IMG/VR virus record: IMGVR_UViG_3300045988_173400
Coordinates: 1-17,806 of that record
Direction: 5' to 3' (one strand)
Source of the DNA: a virus
DNA length: 17,806 nucleotides
The position numbers and the translations under genes were made by a program. The notes beneath the pieces are model-generated. The model searched no databases. It was not told the origin of the DNA and saw nothing but the letters and a program-made list of their open reading frames with translations. The number at the start of each line of letters is the position of its first letter. The first letter of the stretch is position 1. Below are positions 6,005-13,817 of this stretch, piece by piece.

Positions 6005-7234
6005 CTACAGAGTACTCCATGCGGCCGAGATGTTCAAGTTCCCGCTCCATCCCTTCCACGTCTGCAGGTGTTGGTTGGGGTGGATCTGGAACGGGATGTC
6101 GTCGGTGCCGGAGGCGCCCCCGCGGGCGTTTCCGTTGACGGTGGCGCGGGGCGCCGCCCACTCGGGGATCATGCCGAGGTCGGCGCCGGTCGCGATCGAC
6201 TGGCCGGTGATGATTCCGGAGAGCGAGACGAGGCCGCCGGACAGGCGCAGCGTGAGCGGCGTGTCCGAATGGGAGGCGCCACCGGAGAGGCCGATCCTGT
6301 AGTTTTGCGATACAGGGATCGGTTCGTTGCCGTATTGGAGGTAGTTGCCGGCAAGTGTGGCGAATCGTATGTCTCCGGTAGAGTTGAGGTGGATTTGGCC
6401 CTCGGTGAAGTACTTCGCATATCCGAGACACCAATATTCGGTGCCGACATATTCGGCGCCGTAGTTGCCGCAGACCTCCTGCATAGCGGACAGGCAGTTC
6501 GCGAGGCCGTTCTTCGATTTCGTTAGGATGTGGAGGTTGCTCCACGCCCACACGGCACTAAAGACAACAATTCGGGCGTTTTTGAATGCTCTTTTGGCGT
6601 CGGAGATGCAGGTGACGAGCCCGTTGTAGATGTCGATTTCCTGCATCGCGTCGTTGCCGCAATCTGCGATGATGACGTATTTTACGTTGTCGTTCGAGAA
6701 CGATCCGTCGGCGATGGCGCGATTCATCTGCACCTGGAAATTGTCGGCGCCCTGTGCTATGCCCGTGCCGCCCTTGGCGAAGTTTTTCTCCGTGATCCCC
6801 ATGGCGCGGCACATGAGTGTCGGCCATTTGCCTTCGACAACGTTGGAGGTGCCGACGATGACTGCGCACAGCTCGGGCGCCGCCGCATTTTTCAGTATGT
6901 ACCTGCTGTCGGACTCCTCCTTCGTGTAGCGGTTGGCAACCTTCAGCCCGAGGTCGTCGTAGGCGGACTTCACTTGGCGGGTCGTCTCCATCTTGGCGCG
7001 ACCTTCGGCGTCGGCGATCTTCTGGTCGATTTGCTCGACGACCTTGTGGTCGCCGGCGACGGTATCCTCCGCTTTTTTGATACGGATCTCCATCGAATTG
7101 AATTTTGTGGTGTCCTCGGCTGCGCGCAGGTCGATTTTGCGCATGTCGCCGTTGTAGTCGCCCCGCCAGGTGGGCTTATCATTGTCGAGGAACTGTGACA
7201 GCCCGAGGGCCTCGGTCTTGTCAGTAGAGCTCAT
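6005..7234 (-). CDS. Tail fibre/appendage protein with a central SGNH/GDSL-type hydrolase domain, 409 aa
   Basis: The N-terminus is fibre-like (LGLSQFLDNDKPTWRGDYNGDMRKID) and is followed by a coiled coil. SGNH-like blocks are VIVGTSNV (I), KGGTG (II), ADCGNDA (III) and IHLNSTG (V). A Gly/Ser-rich beta-type C-terminus follows. The start overlaps the upstream stop (TAATG). Confidence 0.7.
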   Translation of the reverse strand: MSSTDKTEALGLSQFLDNDKPTWRGDYNGDMRKIDLRAAEDTTKFNSMEIRIKKAEDTVAGDHKVVEQIDQKIADAEGRAKMETTRQVKSAYDDLGLKVANRYTKEESDSRYILKNAAAPELCAVIVGTSNVVEGKWPTLMCRAMGITEKNFAKGGTGIAQGADNFQVQMNRAIADGSFSNDNVKYVIIADCGNDAMQEIDIYNGLVTCISDAKRAFKNARIVVFSAVWAWSNLHILTKSKNGLANCLSAMQEVCGNYGAEYVGTEYWCLGYAKYFTEGQIHLNSTGDIRFATLAGNYLQYGNEPIPVSQNYRIGLSGGASHSDTPLTLRLSGGLVSLSGIITGQSIATGADLGMIPEWAAPRATVNGNARGGASGTDDIPFQIHPNQHLQTWKGWSGNLNISAAWSTL

Positions 7235-7737
7235 TAAATGTCCTTTCGTACTGCGTGTGGCGTTGTGGCCTCGGGATCGAGGTCCCAGCCGCGGGCTTTC
7301 CAGCCCATCTCGTCGAGCTGTTTGGCGGTGGCACCGATATTGTCGGCCTCGATAGCGAATCTGGCGGCGGTGCGGAGATTGCTGTACATGCTGGCGAGCG
7401 CCTCGGAGAGGGTTTTGGTGGTGACGCCGTCGACGGGGTCGGTGACGAAGACCTTCTCGCCGCCGCGGGCGGCGAGTTTCCTGTAGAGTTCGTCGATAGC
7501 GTATTGTATTTTACGATCAGTCTCGGCGCGTAGCTGTGCGACCGTCTTGTTGACGTTGGCCTCAAGCTCATTGCATATTTTTATGCACTTGTTGATGGCG
7601 TCGACCAGGTTTTGACAGTTCCGGGCGACACGTTCGAGCTTTTCGACGTAGGTGATGCCGTCTCGGAATGTGAACGGAGTCACATTCGTCAGCGGCGTAT
7701 CCTGGATTGTGAAAAACGGTACATTTTCTACCGGCAT
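7234..7737 (-). CDS. Putative tail appendage or fibre-associated coiled-coil protein, 167 aa
   Basis: This is an internal ATG of track ORF 7234..7788, with a GGGGGAGGT SD 6 nt upstream, 5 nt after the collar stop. It has a central heptad-like segment (EKLERVARNCQNLVDAINKCIKICNELEANVNKTVAQL). The function is inferred from position only. Confidence 0.45.
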   Translation of the reverse strand: MPVENVPFFTIQDTPLTNVTPFTFRDGITYVEKLERVARNCQNLVDAINKCIKICNELEANVNKTVAQLRAETDRKIQYAIDELYRKLAARGGEKVFVTDPVDGVTTKTLSEALASMYSNLRTAARFAIEADNIGATAKQLDEMGWKARGWDLDPEATTPHAVRKDI

Positions 7738-7741
7738 GTTG

Positions 7742-8455
7742 CTACCTCCCCCACCAAGGATACCACAGGCCGAAAGGATACGTCGCATCCGACCCGACGT
7801 GTGCGTCTCCGGACGAGGCGATCCCCATGAAAAGGGGCTCTAGCTCGGCGACGACCATTTGGTCAACGTTGATCATCGCCTGGCGGTACTCCGTGATAAG
7901 CGCGGCGCCGGAGGTCATCCTGCCCCGCTGGCCCGACCTGGCGTGCGACTCCGCCATGTCCGAGTGAGAGGCGTCGGAGGTTGCTTTTTGGCCATTTTTG
8001 CCGGCAGTGCGCCCCTCCGACGTCGTGCCGGTGGTGGCGTAGTCGCCCTCTTTGTAGATGGGGCTGCCGGGGTAGGCGTGCTCGCGGCCGGCCGACGTCG
8101 ACTCGCCGGACGACGTGGACTCGCTGGATGACGTAGATTTCTGGTTACCGCTGCCGGACTGGTTGGCGTCGGTCCAGGTCGTCATGTCCACTGCGGAGAG
8201 CGGGTCGTACTGCAGCCTGGTGCTCTCGTAGAGCTGGTTGTAGTAGGGCATGACGAGGCGCAGTTTCGCGGCGACCTGTTGCCGGAAAATGTCGATCGTT
8301 TCGAAGCCTATCTCACGGTAGCAGTAGACCTCGTACAGGGTCTGGTTAAGCTGTGCCCGGTAGGCCTCGTCGAAGATCGGGTATGTCTCTACGCCCCAGT
8401 CGCCGCCGGTGACGTCGACGACGTCCCGGAGGAGCATGGTGAAATCCGCGGCCAT
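7742..8455 (-). CDS. Lower collar protein, phi29 gp11-like, 237 aa
   Basis: This is an internal ATG of track ORF 7742..8527 that overlaps the portal stop (TAATG). The motif YREIGFETIDIFRQQVAAKLRLVMPYYNQLYES, followed by a Ser/Thr/Gly-rich insert, matches my recollection of lower collar proteins. It lies directly after the portal. Confidence 0.8.
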   Translation of the reverse strand: MAADFTMLLRDVVDVTGGDWGVETYPIFDEAYRAQLNQTLYEVYCYREIGFETIDIFRQQVAAKLRLVMPYYNQLYESTRLQYDPLSAVDMTTWTDANQSGSGNQKSTSSSESTSSGESTSAGREHAYPGSPIYKEGDYATTGTTSEGRTAGKNGQKATSDASHSDMAESHARSGQRGRMTSGAALITEYRQAMINVDQMVVAELEPLFMGIASSGDAHVGSDATYPFGLWYPWWGR

Positions 8456-9375
8456 TAGACCTCCATCTCGGACGCGACGTCGAGGTTGCCGACGAAACCC
8501 TCGACCATGGCGTCGGTGAGGCGCCACGAGACGGAGACGTCGAGCCCGTATTTCCTGTTGATTTTCTCGCAGGCCTGCTCGCGCTGGGAGAGCGCCATGC
8601 CGCGGAAGGCCATCGTCTGCCCGTCCAGTGAGTTGGCCTCGTCGGCGACCATGCGTTCCTTTTTGCCCGGAGGCGCAGCTTGGATGCCGAGCATCATCAT
8701 CGCGTCATTCCAGATGGCCCTGCGTGCCGCGAGGTTCTCGGTGACAACCTGAGGGTGCACTTGGTTCGGGATGGTGACGACTTTCTCGGCGATGCTCTCG
8801 CCCCCATTGGTTTTGATCGTGTAGATGACCGGCTGCCCCTCGACGAGCTGGCGTTGGAAATTCTGGGCCGTCAGCATCTCCGACGGCTCCACCGCGAGAA
8901 TGAGGGGATTCCGCGTGTTGGCGAGGTTGATATCGATCGTGCGGTCGATCTCCGACAGGCGTGCCGCATAGGCGGTGACGACGTCATTGTCCGGCTCGTG
9001 CATGTCATTGGCCCAGATAGGCACGCAGTCACGGGATTTGACGTGTCGATTGATCTTAGAGTTTGCGTTGAGGTAGTAGGATAGTGGACGGTTGTAGATG
9101 TCGCGGTCACCGCTCGGAGTGCCCGCCAGCGCCGTGAAAATCCGGAAATGCGGATCGAGGGAGAAAACCACCAAGCCGTTCTTGTGGAGGGTCATCTCCA
9201 CATACCGCTCGTCGACGGTGTTCGGCAGCCCCTCCCATTTGAATCTCGCCATGGCGAGCATCCGGAGGGTGCGCCAGTAGATGTTGAAATTCATGCCCGT
9301 GCGGGCCATCGCTTCGTTTCTTTTGAAACGCCCGCGCGCGGTCACCATATCGTAGACGTCATCGGCGCCTTTCAC
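8455..9375 (-). CDS. Portal (head-tail connector), phi29 gp10-like, 306 aa
   Basis: FKWEGLPNTVDERYVEMTLHKNGLVVF, RDIYNRP and IWNDAMMMLGI parallel phi29 gp10 [34 protein letters not shown] and VWNEMMTFLGI. I chose the GTG at 9375 as the start: it overlaps the upstream stop (GTGA) and has an AGGTGG SD 7 nt upstream. The track ORF extends to 9681 inside the upstream gene. Confidence 0.9.
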   Translation of the reverse strand: MKGADDVYDMVTARGRFKRNEAMARTGMNFNIYWRTLRMLAMARFKWEGLPNTVDERYVEMTLHKNGLVVFSLDPHFRIFTALAGTPSGDRDIYNRPLSYYLNANSKINRHVKSRDCVPIWANDMHEPDNDVVTAYAARLSEIDRTIDINLANTRNPLILAVEPSEMLTAQNFQRQLVEGQPVIYTIKTNGGESIAEKVVTIPNQVHPQVVTENLAARRAIWNDAMMMLGIQAAPPGKKERMVADEANSLDGQTMAFRGMALSQREQACEKINRKYGLDVSVSWRLTDAMVEGFVGNLDVASEMEV

Positions 9376-11591
9376 AGTTTCACCACCTCGTATGGACCGT
9401 TTTCGTAGATTTTCATGGTCGGTATTTCCTCGGGGTCCCCCCAGACGGTCGTGCCCGACTCGAAAATGCCTCGGATCGTATCGACGAACATTTGCGGACA
9501 CCTTGGTGCCTCGATATGCACGTCCGCGAGCTTCCAGTACGTGAAATGCGTCATGAGGTCGAGCCGGTAGGAGGCCATGTCGACATAGCGATTGCAGGCG
9601 TACCCGTACCTTGCGAAAAATTGGGCGACGCGATGGGCGGCGCCGGAGTTGAGGCCGCGGATCCGCAGCCAGACCGCCCACCCGGACGTGGCCAGCATGA
9701 AAGCGTCACCGCCGATCTGGCCCGACGTCGACGGCTGGGTGAGCTGCGTGTCCTGGACGCGTGCATTGATGCCGGCGATGGTATTGGCGTAGTCGCCCTT
9801 GGCGACCATGTCGGCGTAGGCTCGGTTCGTGTCGCGGTTATAGGCGGCGAGATGGTTTTGGGCTTGGTTAATCTGGGACGCGAGTTGATTGGATATACCG
9901 GTGGAGGCCGCCGCCGTCGAGTTGGCGAGTTCGGCCTGTGCGTTCCGGGCAGTGGTGTTGATATTGTTCGACGCTGCTGCGGTCGCGATCGAGGCGCCCC
10001 CCTTCAGGGCGCCCCCGATGTTGCCGCTCAGGAGGTTTCCGACGACGCCGAGGCCTGTGTTAGCCATGGAGAGCTTCGTCTGGTCCCATGCGGCGTCGTT
10101 GGTGATCGCCGTCGACTGGGACCTGGCGGCGTTCGATAGGTCGGTCTGGGCGGTACGGGCTGCGTTGCCGAGATTGGTGGTGGTCGTCGACGTTGCCATC
10201 GCCTGGCTCGCTTGGTCGTAGGCGAGCTGGTTGCCGGCGAGCGCTTTTTGCTGCCCCCACTCGGCGGACTGCCGAGAAAACGCGATCGAGTGCGCCTGGC
10301 TGGCCAGCGCGGCGATTCCGGCGTTATTGGTGATCGAGAATGTTGGGAAATTCGTGAAATAGACACTACAGTCCAGATAACTGCCGTCCAGCGCCCCCTT
10401 CTGCGCTGGGCCATCCTTGAGATAATCTTTCACCCAGCACACGACGCGGGGCGACGGCGGCGCGAAATGCCGCAGGCAGGCGATCGTCGTGACGCCGCCC
10501 TTCGGCAGGTACTCGGGGCGGAGCGTCATGGACTGCCCGGCATAGTTGGTGAGCTCTATCCACACGAAAGGCGAGGTGAAGAGCTTCGAGTAGTTTTGCT
10601 GCCAGTCGGGGTACGCAAGGGCCCCTGCCACCGACAGCATGCCGTCGGGGAAAAACGTTTGCTGACGCCCCCACATGACGGCGCCAGCATGCTGATCGCC
10701 CTGTTTGCGGGCCCTGACGATCGCGACGTTATTGAGATCCATCCCGGGGATGAAATGGCTGTCGGGAAGCTCGCACTCGTGGCTGTAGACGACGTCGAGG
10801 AACGGGTGCTGCCCTCCGCCATCGCCCCACGGCATGATCTGGATCGATTGGATGCCCTGCGCCACCCACGGATAGAGGCTGCACGACAGCGCGAAAACCT
10901 CGAAAGCGGCAATCGACCGGAAAATGATGATGTCGGCGCCGTTCGGCAGCCCCTCAAACCCACTGCCTTTAGCGGTGTCGAGGTGGGGATTTTGCGTATT
11001 GCCGGGGTTTCCCGTGAAATCGGTGCCGGCGATGACCATGACGCCGCAGTCCTGCAGCGTGGCGAGGTTGTACCTCTCCGTCCACTGCACCATGTAGTCG
11101 GCGCCGAGGTCGAGCCCCTCGGTCTCACGGAGGACGTCATGGTTGCGGCCACGCCACGTGGCGGCCACCGGCAGGTGTCCGCGCTCGACGTAGGCAGTGC
11201 GTAGCCGCACGTTCCAGCAGTAGGTTGTCCATACGTCGAGCTGCAGGGCGAGCTCGATCGTGTCGGGCGCTACCTGGACGATGTCGTTGATGAAATAATA
11301 GTAGACCCTGACGTCGTCGTCTTTCTCGTGGAGGTTGGAGAGCTTCGGGTCGCGCACGCGGACGTAGTTGAATTGCATCGCCTGCGGCCAGGGAATATCG
11401 AGCCGCACTGTCTGCTGTTGCGTGAGGGGGGTGAATTTGTTGATCGTGAGCGATTTCCCACCCTTGCGGCGCAGGTAGGCGTCGATCTGCTTAAAATTTT
11501 GCCACTTGACGATGTTTCGATACTGGGCGTCGTAGTCGACGCGGGCGAGCAGCACCTCGCTGCCGGGCCCCCAGCCTGCCCACTGCGGCAT
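9372..11591 (-). CDS. Tail knob / distal tube protein, phi29 gp9-like, 739 aa
   Basis: Its size and position (after the MCP, before the portal) match gp9. The N-terminal pattern (TVRLDIPW...FNYVRV...VYYYFINDI) resembles gp9. It has an internal Ala/Asn/Gln/Thr-rich region with a Gly-rich hydrophobic loop. I prefer the ATG at 11591 (GGAGGT SD 8 nt upstream) over the track GTG at 11600, which abuts the SD. Confidence 0.75.
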   Translation of the reverse strand: MPQWAGWGPGSEVLLARVDYDAQYRNIVKWQNFKQIDAYLRRKGGKSLTINKFTPLTQQQTVRLDIPWPQAMQFNYVRVRDPKLSNLHEKDDDVRVYYYFINDIVQVAPDTIELALQLDVWTTYCWNVRLRTAYVERGHLPVAATWRGRNHDVLRETEGLDLGADYMVQWTERYNLATLQDCGVMVIAGTDFTGNPGNTQNPHLDTAKGSGFEGLPNGADIIIFRSIAAFEVFALSCSLYPWVAQGIQSIQIMPWGDGGGQHPFLDVVYSHECELPDSHFIPGMDLNNVAIVRARKQGDQHAGAVMWGRQQTFFPDGMLSVAGALAYPDWQQNYSKLFTSPFVWIELTNYAGQSMTLRPEYLPKGGVTTIACLRHFAPPSPRVVCWVKDYLKDGPAQKGALDGSYLDCSVYFTNFPTFSITNNAGIAALASQAHSIAFSRQSAEWGQQKALAGNQLAYDQASQAMATSTTTTNLGNAARTAQTDLSNAARSQSTAITNDAAWDQTKLSMANTGLGVVGNLLSGNIGGALKGGASIATAAASNNINTTARNAQAELANSTAAASTGISNQLASQINQAQNHLAAYNRDTNRAYADMVAKGDYANTIAGINARVQDTQLTQPSTSGQIGGDAFMLATSGWAVWLRIRGLNSGAAHRVAQFFARYGYACNRYVDMASYRLDLMTHFTYWKLADVHIEAPRCPQMFVDTIRGIFESGTTVWGDPEEIPTMKIYENGPYEVVKL

Positions 11592-11614
11592 GATCGTCAC
11601 CTCCTATAGGAACA

Positions 11615-11643
11615 GCCCCGGGGCGGATCGAAAACCCCGGGGC
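11615..11643 (-). terminator. Hairpin after the major capsid gene (attenuator or 3'-stabiliser candidate)
   Basis: A 9-bp GC stem (gccccgggg / ccccggggc) with an 11-nt loop lies in the 110-bp gap between the MCP stop and the tail-knob start. No clear U-tract follows on the minus strand. Confidence 0.45.
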
Positions 11644-11710
11644 CGTCGGCGAGAACTCGCTCCAACACCGGTTGCTCAGGCCGGCGCCTCACTCCGCATT
11701 GTCGCCACTT

Positions 11711-13351
11711 CTAGACGACGTTTACAGTATACTCTCCGTAACTTTTGCCATCAAGTCCGGCGATTGTGAGCTTCACCACGAAGCTGGCTTCGCTCTTGGC
11801 GATCGAGATCGCCGACGCGAAGACGTTGACGCCGACCGGGTAGACCTGGCTCTCGGCGCCGTCCTCCGCCAGGAGGGCCTTGCGGGAGCGGGAGACCGTG
11901 TATTCCTTCGTCGCCTCGGTGAATTTCGCGACGCGACGCCCGAGGACGTCGATGCCCTTCAGCTCGCTCTTGGTCGCCGGCCACTCCGGGAAGGCGGGGC
12001 CGCCGATACCGGTGAACTCGGCCTCCGACTTGGCGCCGTCCGCCTCCGCGGTGACGGTGATCGGGCCGAGCTCGCGCGGGCCGATCGAGAGGACGCCGGC
12101 CTGGGAGACCTGTGTGCGGGAGTCGGTGCCGCGCACCGTCCAGTTGATGTCCGGGTCGGTGCCCCCGCCAGTGCAGGTGGCTTCCAGCTGGTAGTTGCCG
12201 CCGCGCACCATATCCTGCCCCTGGACCTCTTTCGCGCCCTCGCCATACGCCTTGATGGCGGTGATAGCCGTGACAGGGTCTTTGGCGATGACGCGCTCGG
12301 TTTCGCCTCCGGTCCAGAACATGATCGCCGGCACGAAGCGCGAGCAAGAGATGATTTCGTGGTGGTGCAGGAAAATGTTTTCCTGGCTCGGTTCGGTCGG
12401 GTCCTGGAAATTGAGGTTTTCCAGAAGGGTGTCGGCGACGACGAAGAAGTCGCTGTCGACGAGGATCGCCTGACATCCGCCCTGCGGGAAATACTCAGCG
12501 GGCACCTCGATGATGTGGTAGGGCACCTCGGCGTAGGGGACGTTGAAAAGCGCCGCCAGCCCCTCGACGTCCAGGGCCGCATTCGCCTCGGGCGTGATGA
12601 ACATCACCAGGTTGTCGGGCTTGGCGGCGATCGGGAAACGTGCTGCGTTGTAGTAGGGGCTCCGGAATTTCAGATTCCCCGCCATGGCGCGCATCTTGCG
12701 CAGTGCCAGCCTGACGTCGCGATCGGTGACGTCCTGTGCCGAAATGTCCGGAATGTGTGCGTGATAGAAGCCGCCGCGGCGCTCATACTCGGTGAAAAGT
12801 CTCGACATGAGAAGGAATTCGTCCCATTTGTCCGACTCGCTCGGTGCGGCCATGATGTCCGAGATGAGCCCGGACATGTCGCCCTCGCCGAGAAAGGCAC
12901 TCTTGATGACGGCGCGCTCCACGGAGACCGGGTAGACGTCCATGCGGTTTTTCTCGTGGAAGCTGACGTCGATCGGCACCCTGTGCGTGCCGAAAGCCAT
13001 CTTTTCGCCGAAACTGCGGTTCGGGTCGTACGCCTTGGCGCGGATGAGCCCCGTCTGGTACTCTTCGATGCCATTGCCGTATTCGATGAGCCCCCGCTTG
13101 AAGCGTGCGAGAGGGTTCGTCCACGAGTTGTGACGGGCGACGATCGTGCCGATCTGCGTCATCAGCGCCGTGTAGATGGGATTCCACAGCTGGCGGTGCT
13201 GGTCCAGGTAGCGGACCGTCGTCTCCACGCCGGCCTGCGTCGGCGACGGAATCCGCGCCTTGTAGCCGATGTTGGCACCGTTGATGGCGACCTGCAGCAG
13301 CTCGCCGTTGGAGACTCCCGGCTTCAGGGACGGGATGTTGGGTACGGGCAT
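11711..13351 (-). CDS. Major capsid protein, phi29 gp8-like, with two C-terminal Ig-like domains, 546 aa
   Basis: Several segments parallel phi29 gp8 as I recall it: [20 protein letters not shown] versus [30 protein letters not shown] versus [25 protein letters not shown] versus AVLVDKDWFMVYDNL, and [11 protein letters not shown] versus SVSRFANAVAF. A GGAGGA SD lies 7 nt upstream. Confidence 0.93.
   Translation of the reverse strand: [546 protein letters not shown]
11726..11754 (-). promoter_or_regulatory. Promoter-like element inside the 3' end of the MCP gene
   Basis: On the minus strand the layout is TTGATG, a 17-nt spacer, then TATACT. It shares the exact -10 hexamer with the other two promoter candidates. 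It lies upstream of the 11615..11643 hairpin, so its function is uncertain. Confidence 0.3.
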
Positions 13352-13354
13352 GTG

Positions 13355-13645
13355 TTAGTCCTCCGCGATGATGTCTTCGAGCGTTAGGGATTCAGGGTCG
13401 ATGTCGGCGTCCGACGTCTCGGGCGCCTCGTCGATCGCGGAGTGCTCGATGATCGCGCGCAGCTCCGTGCACTGAGCGAGCGCCTCCTCGGCGATCTGCC
13501 GTACCTCGGAGATCATCTCCGTCAGGTCGGCGTCGATGGCGTCGGACTCCGCCTTCACGACGTCCGACTCATCCATTTCCTCAGGGGCCGGCGCCTCGTC
13601 CGGCTCGGTTTCACGTGAAACATCGTCTTCAGGCGTGTCCGCCAT
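13355..13645 (-). CDS. Scaffolding protein candidate (phi29 gp7 analogue), very acidic, 96 aa
   Basis: This is an internal ATG of track ORF 13355..13732 with a GGAGGA SD 5 nt upstream. The protein is Asp/Glu-rich and helical-looking, ends 3 nt before the MCP start, and matches gp7 in size and position. Confidence 0.65.
   Translation of the reverse strand: MADTPEDDVSRETEPDEAPAPEEMDESDVVKAESDAIDADLTEMISEVRQIAEEALAQCTELRAIIEHSAIDEAPETSDADIDPESLTLEDIIAED
13609..13620. promoter_or_regulatory. Perfect palindrome TTTCACGTGAAA, copy 2 (inside the scaffold gene)
   Basis: This is the exact 12-mer, or the 14-bp palindrome gtttcacgtgaaac at 13608..13621. It lies 25-36 nt into the scaffold CDS and encodes VSRET. 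Confidence 0.6.
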
Positions 13646-13787
13646 GCATGTCCTCCGATCGGTAGTGGGGGATGCCGCCCCCCGGCGCCGGACGGCACCC
13701 AGCCACGGGATCAGGGCTGCGGCCGGTCTCACCCGGGGCTCTCCGCGCGCCCATCGCCGGCGCGCACGGGAGGGGCATCATGTGCGC

Positions 13788-13817
13788 AGTATATCACACC
13801 GCCGACATCCTTGACCA
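13788..13817 (-). promoter_or_regulatory. Candidate late promoter with extended -10, overlapping the DNA polymerase stop codon
   Basis: On the minus strand the layout is TGGTCA, an 18-nt spacer, then TG-a-TATACT. It lies upstream of a 148-bp non-coding gap that precedes the scaffold and capsid genes. The spacing and -10 hexamer match the left-arm promoter. Confidence 0.55.

Noticed and set aside
11672-13387. A 571-aa plus-strand ORF spanning the whole capsid gene in antisense
   Set aside because: Its composition is Arg/Gly/Asp/Val/Ala-rich, typical of antisense frames in GC-rich DNA. It has no SD, and the opposite strand encodes a protein with clear phi29 gp8-like motifs.
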